Virus record (IMG/VR): IMGVR_UViG_3300024262_000017 | Span: 1-64,000 of that record | Source: a virus | Reading direction: 5' to 3' (one strand) | Length of the DNA: 64,000 nucleotides | In this document: positions 55,499 to 64,000 of the stretch, one piece after another | Layout: each line of letters opens with the position of its first letter | Numbering within the stretch: position 1 is the stretch's first letter | Position numbers and translations under genes: made by a program | Notes under the pieces: model-generated | Told to the model about the DNA's origin: nothing | Seen by the model: only the letters and a program-made list of their open reading frames with translations | Databases searched by the model: none

Positions 55499-58392
55499 AA
55501 GGACTTGAATGTGTAGGGTGCCCAGCGCAGTATGAACCCTGTCTTAACACTGGACATGGCGACAGTCCAGCACACATCATTGTTGTGGGTGGTGCCCCTT
55601 CAGGTTTTTCAATTGGACAACAACAAGCTTTCTATGGTAGGCACGGGCGCTTATTCAAACAACTCTTAGACATCATCCGACGCTATGGTGATAACAAGTA
55701 CGCCGGAATGAAAGTACACTTCACCTATGCAACCATGGTGGGTGCGTACGAACCAACTGCAGAACACATAACCCATTGTCGACCTATAGTCATGCGACAG
55801 ATTCGCAAGGTGCAGGGTTTCAATGGAAAGAATCCCATACTTGTTCCACTCGGGCCAGTTGCAGCGAAAGCAATTGGAATCAATTTCAGAAAAATTGTAG
55901 ATGTTGTTGGCCGGGAATTCACGGTGAATATCCCAGACCCGAGTGGAACGCAGCAGTACACAGCAATCCCCCTGTTGTCTATGAAGCACCTTGAAACAAA
56001 AATTGGTACTGCCAATGTTGTACTGGCAGGGCTACTCAAGGCTGTGTCTTTAGGCTATGGAGAACGGGATTACCGAATACCTTTGGAAGAGCTTACAAAG
56101 GACTACATCTATCCAAAAACGATTCAGGAAGTTTCAGACCTGGTCGACCATGTCATCGAGTACTACGATCCTGAAAATGGAACTGGTCCTGAACAGTGGG
56201 CAATTAGTTTGGACACTGAGACCAACACGGTCAAACCCTTTTCTCACCCAGATCCAAAAGTGCTCATGCTCTCTGTGGGCTGGGATAATCGTAAGGCTGC
56301 GACCATCTTATTAGACCACCCAGAAGTTCCATACGACCCGAAGGAAGCATGGGTACATGTAAAGCGATTATTAGAATGCCCGAAACCTAAGTGTTTCCAG
56401 AACTGGAAATTTGATAAGAAATTTCTGGAGACAGTTTATGGTTACCGCGTTCACCGTGTGACGTGGGATACCATGTTGGGTGAGCATTACATTGACGAAG
56501 ACAAAAAGGGTCATTACGGCTTGAAGCAGTTGACTTCTATCTACTGCCCAGACTACGAAGGCTATGATGACAAGCTCCATGCAGCGTTGCGCAGCAACGA
56601 AGAGCTCGATGATGATGATGAGGATGAGGACGACGTCGTAGGCCGAGCAGAAGTGCTCGTGCTTTCCGACGAGGAAGTACTGAAGTACCATGAGAGTAAT
56701 GGTTGTCCAGAAGATCGCATCAAACCTCTTTGGCCAATTCTTATAGCAGCCATTGAAGAACGTAATGCACTGAAAAAGATTCAAAAGAAAAATCGAACAA
56801 GCCTTGAACAGGGAAACTTTGACTTCCTCAAAAAGTCTATCGATAGCTATCGAAGCCAACTTGAAATTCCCCGTCCAAAAAGGAAAAAGGCTGACACAAC
56901 AGAGAAGGAGAATACTCCACGTGGTGGGGGTTTTAGCGACATCGACTTGGCTACCATCTTACAATACGCTGCAGCTGATGCTGATGTTACACGAATCATT
57001 CTTCGTGCTCAGGTACAAAGATTACAACGGTCAGGAGATTGGGAAGACTGTAAGCGCGTCATGCGTTATCTATACCTGCCAGCTTCAAACACACTGAGCA
57101 ACATGGAATTTCGTGGGTTCCAGCAAAACACAGTCTACCGCGATGACCTTATTGCTGAAGTTAGTGTACGCATGAATGCAGTCCGTGAGTTATTTGCACG
57201 GAAGTTTGACCCCACGTTGAATTTGAATGCCCCACAACAACTTGCAGAGTACATGTCACGATTGAACTTTGCAGCCATTCCAGGTGAAGAGGCTGGTGGC
57301 ACCGGTAAGGATATCCTCGATAAGTATGAAACGATGTACCCCGAGGATGACCCGCGGCACATCTTTGCACAGAAGCTTGTAGAGTACCGTGAAACCAACA
57401 AGACACTTGGCACGTATCTGCGTCCGTATGCAAAGATGGCCCGAGCAGATAACAAGATTCATTGTGTGTTTCATTTGCCGGGAACCTCCACTGGCAGACT
57501 TTCATCTGCAGGTCCCAATCTCCAGAACGTTCCCCTCATCACTGCCAGAAAAATCAAAAAAGGTGATGATGGTGAAAACGTTGTCATTCATCCAGGGTAC
57601 AATATTAAGAAACTATTTGTCCCTTCAAAAGAAGACCACGTCATTGTGAACTGTGACATCAAGGGTGCCGAGCTCCGGGTTGCCACGGCCTATTCAAAAG
57701 ACGAACTGATGATAGAGGCTTTTCGCAGAGGCATTGATATCCATTCATTGGTTACTTCAAAAGTTTACAAGCTAGACTATGACCTCGTGAACTCATTGAA
57801 GAACACAGACCCTGAGATAAAAGAAAAACGTGGTCGGTGTAAGAGCGTTGTCTTTGCTACCTATTATGGTGGCGGACCTTTCAAGATTGCTCAGCAAATC
57901 AATTCAACTAAGGAGGAAGCAGAGCAACTTCAGAATTTCTTGTTTAATGAATTCCCTGGTATCCGAAATTACATCAGTGGTGTAGAACACGAAGTCCGTA
58001 CCTTCCAAGTAGTTAGCACACTCTTTGGTCGAAGACGTAGATTTCGCTTAGCGCATGTCGACTACACGCACATGGCAGAAGCCATTCGTGAAGCTGTGAA
58101 CTTCAAAATTCAAAGCACCAGTGCTGACCTTGTCCTGTCACAGATGTGTGAGATGGACGATAACTTTGGTGACATCGATGCAGAGATGCTCATCACTGTA
58201 CACGATTCTGTCGTGTTTCAAATGCCCCGAGCAAACTTGTACATGTTGCATGATTTCCTTGACCATTGGGTTGTTGACCGTGTGGCTGAAAAGTATGATT
58301 GGTTACCAGTGCCATTCCTCTATGATGTAGAGGTTGGTCCGTCCTATGGAGAAGCGAAACCATTCAGTAGAGAGGATGCAAATGGCAACTAA
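55495..58392 (+). CDS. polA: family A DNA polymerase with an N-terminal UDG-like domain and 3'-5' exonuclease
   Basis: Exo LDTET, N.KFD, YAAADA; Pol TGRLSS..PNLQN, D...AELRV, K...F...YG, VHDS; UDG family 4-like N-terminus. Confidence 0.93.
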   Translation: MKGLECVGCPAQYEPCLNTGHGDSPAHIIVVGGAPSGFSIGQQQAFYGRHGRLFKQLLDIIRRYGDNKYAGMKVHFTYATMVGAYEPTAEHITHCRPIVMRQIRKVQGFNGKNPILVPLGPVAAKAIGINFRKIVDVVGREFTVNIPDPSGTQQYTAIPLLSMKHLETKIGTANVVLAGLLKAVSLGYGERDYRIPLEELTKDYIYPKTIQEVSDLVDHVIEYYDPENGTGPEQWAISLDTETNTVKPFSHPDPKVLMLSVGWDNRKAATILLDHPEVPYDPKEAWVHVKRLLECPKPKCFQNWKFDKKFLETVYGYRVHRVTWDTMLGEHYIDEDKKGHYGLKQLTSIYCPDYEGYDDKLHAALRSNEELDDDDEDEDDVVGRAEVLVLSDEEVLKYHESNGCPEDRIKPLWPILIAAIEERNALKKIQKKNRTSLEQGNFDFLKKSIDSYRSQLEIPRPKRKKADTTEKENTPRGGGFSDIDLATILQYAAADADVTRIILRAQVQRLQRSGDWEDCKRVMRYLYLPASNTLSNMEFRGFQQNTVYRDDLIAEVSVRMNAVRELFARKFDPTLNLNAPQQLAEYMSRLNFAAIPGEEAGGTGKDILDKYETMYPEDDPRHIFAQKLVEYRETNKTLGTYLRPYAKMARADNKIHCVFHLPGTSTGRLSSAGPNLQNVPLITARKIKKGDDGENVVIHPGYNIKKLFVPSKEDHVIVNCDIKGAELRVATAYSKDELMIEAFRRGIDIHSLVTSKVYKLDYDLVNSLKNTDPEIKEKRGRCKSVVFATYYGGGPFKIAQQINSTKEEAEQLQNFLFNEFPGIRNYISGVEHEVRTFQVVSTLFGRRRRFRLAHVDYTHMAEAIREAVNFKIQSTSADLVLSQMCEMDDNFGDIDAEMLITVHDSVVFQMPRANLYMLHDFLDHWVVDRVAEKYDWLPVPFLYDVEVGPSYGEAKPFSREDANGN

Positions 58393-58693
58393 GAAAAAGG
58401 AAACAACTCACCCGGTTTTCAAGATGTATGTTACCCAAGCGGGTATCTACATCGGGGGTGAAGAGGTACAACGTACCGGTGCTGTGTTAGAAGTCAACGA
58501 CCCTGTGTTTGTTACATCCTCAGCAGATGGTACGGGCTATGAGTTCAAACCTGTCCAATTCGTTTCAGCAGGTGAGAGCTTACAGCTCTACACATACGGC
58601 CTGCTTGGGGATGCAGCGATGCCCAGTGGCATGGTTGCGTGGTTCACACAGTACCGGTCACATCGAGCAAAGCAAGCTGAACTGCAACCTTAG
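58382..58693 (+). CDS. hypothetical protein
   Basis: Start moved to ATG 58382 (SD GAGGA). Confidence 0.6.
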   Translation: MATKKKETTHPVFKMYVTQAGIYIGGEEVQRTGAVLEVNDPVFVTSSADGTGYEFKPVQFVSAGESLQLYTYGLLGDAAMPSGMVAWFTQYRSHRAKQAELQP

Positions 58694-59090
58694 CTTTACT
58701 GAGTAAATACACTTGGCATGACAATGCACTGTCAGGGGTGCGGAAACCGCACCTGATGTTTCCCCCGTTGACATCCGGGGAAACAGGAGTCCTCCGGCGA
58801 CCTCGTGCCCACGAACGCAGCTCATGCAGCTCGTCCGTCACAGCTCGATGCCGCGTGCCGATTCGGAATCTTAGCAAGTGTAAGTAGACCAGACGAATTA
58901 GTTTTATTTCGGTTGTTCGGATGGGCTGTGTTACACAGCCCGATTTTTACCGAAACAATCCGGCGCCGAGCGCTCAAATTTCCAACATAACACTGTCCGA
59001 CTTCGTCGGAGCACTCGTGTTTTGTTGGAATTTTGAGCAGCACGGACTTGGATTGTTTCTTTTCCTGCAGTAAAAATTCGTAATTCGTCT
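58694..59090. ncRNA. candidate structured non-coding element (RNA or DNA), two multibranched domains
   Basis: Nested inverted repeats throughout a 400-nt gap between convergent genes; no credible ORF; strand undetermined. Confidence 0.55.
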
Positions 59091-60682
59091 TAGTCCTCTT
59101 TGTCGTAGAACTGCAAATCACCTTGGACTACCTTCATTGCAAGCCACCCAAATATCATAGCGTGGAGTGCATCGTCTGGGCAGTTCGGAGCATGTTTCCA
59201 AATAGTACGGATGGAACCACCCTGACCGGAGTGAGTGCTCTCTTGGTAGAGGTTCATGACATCCTGGATAGGTACAGCAGTCTGGCGAGCATTTGGAAAT
59301 ATGATACCTTGTTTTTTGAGCTGTAACATAAAGGTGTCGATGGACGCAGTACGGTTCACAAGGTATCGAGTTCCTTGCTTGTTCCAACGAATAAGCTGTG
59401 CAAATCCAGAACCACCACCATACTGTGCTTGCCCGACACGATGTTCTCCAAGCCGGTCACGTAAAACAGAGTTTGCAACTGCACCTTCACCAGCATCACC
59501 TATGACATAGCGACACTGGCATGCATCAAATATGCGTGCGACCTCTTCAACATCTTCGATAGAATTTGCCTTGGGGAAAATTCTGAAGTACAGAGTTTTG
59601 AGTTTGTAATCTTCGGTCAAACCCCAAACCCAACATGCTGTTCTAGAGTTCGCACCATGGTCACTGTTGCCAGCCCAGTCAACACCCCCAACTATTGCGC
59701 GTATTCCTTGAAGCGTGGTAGGTGGGATGGGAAGTTCAACATAGTAGTCTTCACAGAGCGTTAGCAATTCTCCTTGAGAAATGAAGCGAGTCCCTGTGTC
59801 GTTTGATACTCCGAGTACCTCATTCTTGAATTGAGTTTCTGGGTAACTAGCCAACTTCTCTAAAATGCGTTCCCAACGAACAGGTATTTCTACGTTTCTA
59901 GGAAGCATAGGTTGAGAAATGTGAAACCCTTTAATCACCGCTTCAGGATTCATGTCGTACCACTGACCGAGTCTTGGGTTCAGGTACTTTCCACATTTCA
60001 AACAAATGATTCCATATCGCCCAATAGACCGTGCATCATCTACGTAGTTCCACTTGTTGCAGCCTTCGCATTTCATAATCCATTCTGCTTGGGTGCTTTT
60101 TTGCCACAGAAACTCGATGGTGTTCTCCATCGACTTTGGTGTTCCACAGTAAGCCATCAAAGCATGGTCAGAGTTAGCCATACACTCTTTGACAACTGGG
60201 ATGACAGCATCGTAAACGATGTCTTGGACTTCATCTATCAATTCCCGGTCAGCAGTAATACCTCGAATTCTGTCAGGGTCATCCCAAGCATAAGAAAGAG
60301 ACAGTTCTGAACCATTAGCCAATATCTGTAGCAACACATTGTTTGGTAAGGAGGAGTCAATAAAGTTGTCTCGAATAAGAGGGCTGTAATGTATCATTTT
60401 TGACAAGCGTGTGTTGCTGAACTTGCTTGTTTGCTCTCGCGTTGGGGAAACATACAGAGTTCGGAAGTGGTCAATTGCAACACTGTCTGTCAGCATGAGG
60501 CAAGAACAAGTTGTGCTCTTACTTACCTGCCTCCCAGTTTTCATTAAGATTTCGCGGGAGTCAGTGTTGTAGACGTCAGCTAAGAATGGGTAGTCGTATA
60601 GGTTGTATGGTTTACCATCTAACCAGAACCAGCTTTGTGCAATATGTGAACGTGTGTGTTTACCTAAATTGATTTTCGCCAT
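59090..60682 (-). CDS. terL: terminase large subunit
   Basis: Walker A KTGRQVSKST, Walker B LIDEVQD, GTP coupling motif, CxxC..CxxC, nuclease GVDW and PDDALHA. Confidence 0.9.
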   Translation of the reverse strand: MAKINLGKHTRSHIAQSWFWLDGKPYNLYDYPFLADVYNTDSREILMKTGRQVSKSTTCSCLMLTDSVAIDHFRTLYVSPTREQTSKFSNTRLSKMIHYSPLIRDNFIDSSLPNNVLLQILANGSELSLSYAWDDPDRIRGITADRELIDEVQDIVYDAVIPVVKECMANSDHALMAYCGTPKSMENTIEFLWQKSTQAEWIMKCEGCNKWNYVDDARSIGRYGIICLKCGKYLNPRLGQWYDMNPEAVIKGFHISQPMLPRNVEIPVRWERILEKLASYPETQFKNEVLGVSNDTGTRFISQGELLTLCEDYYVELPIPPTTLQGIRAIVGGVDWAGNSDHGANSRTACWVWGLTEDYKLKTLYFRIFPKANSIEDVEEVARIFDACQCRYVIGDAGEGAVANSVLRDRLGEHRVGQAQYGGGSGFAQLIRWNKQGTRYLVNRTASIDTFMLQLKKQGIIFPNARQTAVPIQDVMNLYQESTHSGQGGSIRTIWKHAPNCPDDALHAMIFGWLAMKVVQGDLQFYDKED

Positions 60683-60721
60683 AACCCACCTATTATAAGG
60701 AGTGTTTGGATGTCACCACAA
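60669..60721. promoter_or_regulatory. overlapping divergent promoters (terminase / AAA ATPase)
   Basis: Plus strand TTGATT-16-(CC)TATTAT; minus strand TTGTGG-18-TATAAT; the two -10 boxes overlap within a 27-nt gap. Confidence 0.45.
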
Positions 60722-61948
60722 GAACAATCGCAAGGAGACACTTTAGACTTTGCCAAGAATCTTGGTATCCTCACTGCTACACTGCGAACCGCCCGATCAG
60801 TTGTTGAAATGGCTTTCAAAAGTAAGCATGTACCCTGTCTCGTTGGAGAGGCCGGCATAGGTAAGACTGCAATCTATGGACAAATCGCTGCTGACAACGA
60901 CTGGGGTATCCTGTATTACTACCTGGCCCACAGTGAACCTGAAGACATTGTTGGTGTTCCCGTGCCAGACCAAAAAGGTGGAACCTTTCAGTATTACATT
61001 GAAAAACGAATTCACGACATCATTTATTCCAAGCGTCCGACCATCGTAGTTTTCGACGAATGGAATCGTGGAGATAAGCCTGTAACCAATGCGGCATTCC
61101 CTGCAATGGAATCCCGCCGCCTGGGTAGCATTGACTTGCCTGACCACATTTTCATTGGGGCAGCTATGAACCCCAGCGAAGGTACTTACTTCGTAAACGA
61201 GGCTGAAAAGGATCCTGCTTTCCGGAGACGTATGTGTTTCGTTGGGATTCGTGCTGACAAAAATGTGTGGTTGGATTGGGCACGAGGACGTGGAGAAATT
61301 CATCCGACTGTTATTGATTTCATCAATCGACAAGACCATGCTACCTTGCTCGATACCCAATCCAGGGATGCAGGGAAAACTTATGCTTGTCCTGCCAGCT
61401 GGGAAAAGATCAGCGACACCATCAAAATAGTTGAGACCATGGTCGTTGAAGACCACGCTCGTTGGGAAGAACTTTACCCAGTAATGCGTGTGAAGATGGC
61501 TGGGCATATTGGTGATGGTCTTTCCAGTGAGTTCCTGGCATTCCATCAAAACAACCTCGTTCTGGTCAACCCAAACGATGTGCTCACGGCGTACAATGCT
61601 CGGTCGAGAAGCCAGATTCTTGAGTTGGTTAATCAAAATAACCACCCTGCTCTCACTCGGGCAGCCGACGCAGTCAGTACGGCTATTGCGTCTAGCACCT
61701 TTGAACCGGAAGACATTGTTGAAAACATCAGCGACTTTGCAAACGACCTTCCCCATGATATTTCTGGTGCGTTCTTCCGGAAGATTTCACAAGCAATGAA
61801 AGAAGCTGCTGATGAAGACCGTCGTGTTCGTATGACACGAGCCCTGGGAAAGTGTCCTGCGTTCAAGGAATCCTTCTTGACTATTACATCGTCATTCGAA
61901 CGAACTGAGGGTGACCGTGCAAAGGAACAGGAAACCAAAGGAAACTAG
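60710..61948 (+). CDS. MoxR-like AAA+ ATPase
   Basis: GEAGIGKT, EPEDIVGVP, VFDEWNR, AAMNP, DPAFRRR, CPASWE. Confidence 0.88.
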   Translation: MSPQEQSQGDTLDFAKNLGILTATLRTARSVVEMAFKSKHVPCLVGEAGIGKTAIYGQIAADNDWGILYYYLAHSEPEDIVGVPVPDQKGGTFQYYIEKRIHDIIYSKRPTIVVFDEWNRGDKPVTNAAFPAMESRRLGSIDLPDHIFIGAAMNPSEGTYFVNEAEKDPAFRRRMCFVGIRADKNVWLDWARGRGEIHPTVIDFINRQDHATLLDTQSRDAGKTYACPASWEKISDTIKIVETMVVEDHARWEELYPVMRVKMAGHIGDGLSSEFLAFHQNNLVLVNPNDVLTAYNARSRSQILELVNQNNHPALTRAADAVSTAIASSTFEPEDIVENISDFANDLPHDISGAFFRKISQAMKEAADEDRRVRMTRALGKCPAFKESFLTITSSFERTEGDRAKEQETKGN

Positions 61949-62601
61949 GCGAGGGTTGACAATTCATTTTTGAGTTGCCGTGCCATCCTTTCAACATACA
62001 GGTGCACAGCACTCAAGTAACCAATCTGAACATCGAGGGGGGTCTCGGCAAGTTTTAATTCTTTCAGTTTTGACTTGTCGAGCCCTTCCCATCGTTTGCG
62101 AATTTGTTCTTTCAGTTCGATGTTTCCTTGGTTCAACTTATCAAGTTCATCTTGAGCGAAGGAAAGTAACTCCGGGGCAAGCACATAGCCTGTTCGATGC
62201 ATACTGACAGCAGCATAGCGTTCAGGCTCATGGTCAAATTCGCCTGCTTCCTGCAGTTGGCGATTCAACAAAAGCTTAGCCTCAAAGACGGCCCAGGAAA
62301 GTTGTGCAGGTGATGCTTCTTGGATAGCGTCAGTCATAACAGGTAGATCATTGAATGCCATTGCTGTGTTTTCAAACATCGCAGCATCCCAATAGAATCC
62401 ACCTGTTTGAATGAGTGTAGTTGCAGCCATTAGCTTGTCTCGGTTTACAGTGTCCATATTAATTTTGTTATCATCGAGTTCAAGCCAAATAGATTCAGGT
62501 TCCCAAGCAAGGAAAGACGGCCCCAGCAATTGCTTGGCTGCTTCAAAAATCGCTGTAGCAGTGGCATCCTCTTTCGTGAGGATTTCACGCGGCGAGGACA
62601 T
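61945..62601 (-). CDS. hypothetical protein
   Basis: 218-aa ORF coupled to the upstream gene (WEPESI motif). Confidence 0.7.
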   Translation of the reverse strand: MSSPREILTKEDATATAIFEAAKQLLGPSFLAWEPESIWLELDDNKINMDTVNRDKLMAATTLIQTGGFYWDAAMFENTAMAFNDLPVMTDAIQEASPAQLSWAVFEAKLLLNRQLQEAGEFDHEPERYAAVSMHRTGYVLAPELLSFAQDELDKLNQGNIELKEQIRKRWEGLDKSKLKELKLAETPLDVQIGYLSAVHLYVERMARQLKNELSTLA

Positions 62602-62603
62602 TA

Positions 62604-63068
62604 TTAGTAAGACCCCTCGCTATACTGTGGCGGGTACTGCGTTCCGTATTGTTGAGCACCAGGGTAATAGTCTGCTTCAGGGATTCCTTCAGGAGATGGG
62701 GGGAAAGAAGCCATACCTCCATCACCCGGGGTGAGACCAAACCCTCCACCGCCACCCATACCTGACAGACTCTGTGTCAAGCCTGTCATCAGTTCCTGGT
62801 TTCCTAGCAGACCTTTTGCAGTGTCACCCACACGTTGTAGCACGGAAGGATCATCTTCACGTGGATAAGCAGCAAGCCCTGCACCAAGGCCGGCAAGCCC
62901 TACACCACCGCCTAAGAGAGCTTTCTTTGCAGGAGACATATTTTTGAGGCCCGTCCATGCTCGACTTAGAAAACCTGCTTTGCCGCCCGCAGCTTCCTTA
63001 TTCATGTCGGACAACCCAGCTTCTTCAAAAGCCGCTTGAACACCAAGTTGATACGCTACCTTGAGCAT
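62604..63068 (-). CDS. leader-family glycine-zipper protein with a Tyr/Gln-rich tail
   Basis: Start moved to ATG 63068 (SD GGGAG): MLKVAYQLGVQAAFEEAGLSDMNKEAAG. Confidence 0.8.
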   Translation of the reverse strand: MLKVAYQLGVQAAFEEAGLSDMNKEAAGGKAGFLSRAWTGLKNMSPAKKALLGGGVGLAGLGAGLAAYPREDDPSVLQRVGDTAKGLLGNQELMTGLTQSLSGMGGGGGFGLTPGDGGMASFPPSPEGIPEADYYPGAQQYGTQYPPQYSEGSY

Positions 63069-63069
63069 C

Positions 63070-63999
63070 TCAGACTCCCTGCGCCAAGAGCGCTTTTTGC
63101 AAATCAAATGGGATGGTAGGCCAGATAACTTTGAACTGCTCTGGGTCTACTTCTCCATTACCATCCAAGAATTCTGCCGCGAGGTCATCACCTACGAGGT
63201 CTTTGTAGATGTCACCGTCGATGGCCAGGAGCCGGTCCAGGGGTACTTGCTGACCGGCTACCTCCATCATCTCATCGGCCACCTTGTCAGTATTGAAAAC
63301 CGTGCTGAGGGGGTCTAAGAGAGTCCGGTCGTAGTACTTGCCGAGGCCAGCTGCTTCATCCAACTCATGTATCGCAGCAGCAACTTTGATAAGGTCACTA
63401 CGGTCAGAAATAAACCGCGGCAATTGATGAGCCTCTTCGGCTAACTTCGTGTATCCGTAGTGAAGAGCAGGGTCTGTGGTGCGTTCACTGCGAGCCAGCA
63501 CCCAGTCCCGCAAGACCCGAGTGTCACACATGGTCGTACCTGCGAACTTCAAAATCTGAGTAGGTAATTTGACTTCATGTGCAACAGCCTTTTTGACAAG
63601 GTTGAGGCTTGCCTTGGCACGACTGTCAATGTCCATGCTCTTGTAATTTCGCTGGATGGCTTCTGCAGCGTTCGTTACATCAGACGCAGTTTTGACGCGC
63701 AGGCGCCGAATGTCTGGCAACAGATAGTCCTCTGAGTCATCCGCGGCAACCTTCTCAACGGCTGAAAGGTCTAAGGAAATCCCAAACAATTCCAATGCTT
63801 TGTCACAGGTTGCAATGACACTCTGTTCTACACCGGCTTGCTTCTCCATATAGAGACGAGACAACGCAGCATGTCCTGGGGTGTCGATGGGGAATTTTCG
63901 ATTGATGCTGTCTGCGAACTGAGAATCAGCCCGCTTCTCGTTTTCTTCTGGGCTCATCTCAGCAGTCTTGATGTGCTCGACTGCCTGGGGGTACTCGTG
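63070..63999 (-). CDS. KxA-rich putative head protein, 5'-truncated by the window edge
   Basis: Frame stays open to the window end (..EHIKTAEM..); RKFPIDT motif; KQA, KVA, KTA, KLA. Confidence 0.7.
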   Translation of the reverse strand, partial: HEYPQAVEHIKTAEMSPEENEKRADSQFADSINRKFPIDTPGHAALSRLYMEKQAGVEQSVIATCDKALELFGISLDLSAVEKVAADDSEDYLLPDIRRLRVKTASDVTNAAEAIQRNYKSMDIDSRAKASLNLVKKAVAHEVKLPTQILKFAGTTMCDTRVLRDWVLARSERTTDPALHYGYTKLAEEAHQLPRFISDRSDLIKVAAAIHELDEAAGLGKYYDRTLLDPLSTVFNTDKVADEMMEVAGQQVPLDRLLAIDGDIYKDLVGDDLAAEFLDGNGEVDPEQFKVIWPTIPFDLQKALLAQGV

Positions 64000-64000
64000 A

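Noticed and set aside
58752-58787. Hammerhead-like CTGATG...GAAAC
   Set aside because: The core reads CUGAUGU rather than CUGANGA, and GAAAC is paired within the stem.
58644-59121. Short ORFs (61-99 aa) across the structured gap
   Set aside because: They have no SD or plausible composition and overlap real genes; the nested inverted repeats explain the region better.
60797-61756. 319-aa minus-strand ORF
   Set aside because: It is the antisense shadow of the well-supported AAA ATPase.

Overview
The whole 64-kb window is a segment of a large tailed dsDNA bacteriophage with a contractile tail (standard genetic code). No cellular housekeeping genes, tRNAs or CRISPR arrays were seen. From left to right it holds a small accessory/lysis block (permuted papain amidase, CheY-like receiver, holin-like protein, Amidase_2 endolysin). 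Next is a long minus-strand morphogenesis region (spike, tube, very large sheath, neck, HK97-type capsid, three paralogous decoration proteins, prohead protease, many internal-head-like proteins, portal), with a phage-encoded multisubunit RNA polymerase embedded in it. A plus-strand replication block follows (SNF2 helicase, RNase H, two PD-(D/E)XK nucleases, ParB, SSB-like protein, primase-helicase, UDG-PolA), together with a sigma70-family factor, the large terminase and a MoxR-like ATPase. Three observations stand out. (1) About ten dispersed genes share an N-terminal leader (MLKxAYxxGxxxA...KEA) fused to unrelated Gly-rich, membrane-like cargoes, and K-x-A motifs are dense across the head proteins, suggesting a capsid-targeting and protease-cleavage code. 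(2) The RNA polymerase is minimal: beta is fused to the catalytic N-half of beta' and the beta' C-half is a separate gene, accompanied by a phage sigma and a conserved TTG-17bp-(CC)TAYYAT promoter family. (3) A ~400-nt two-domain, heavily base-paired non-coding element lies directly downstream of the terminase gene. All assignments come from motif recognition by eye; no database searches were run.
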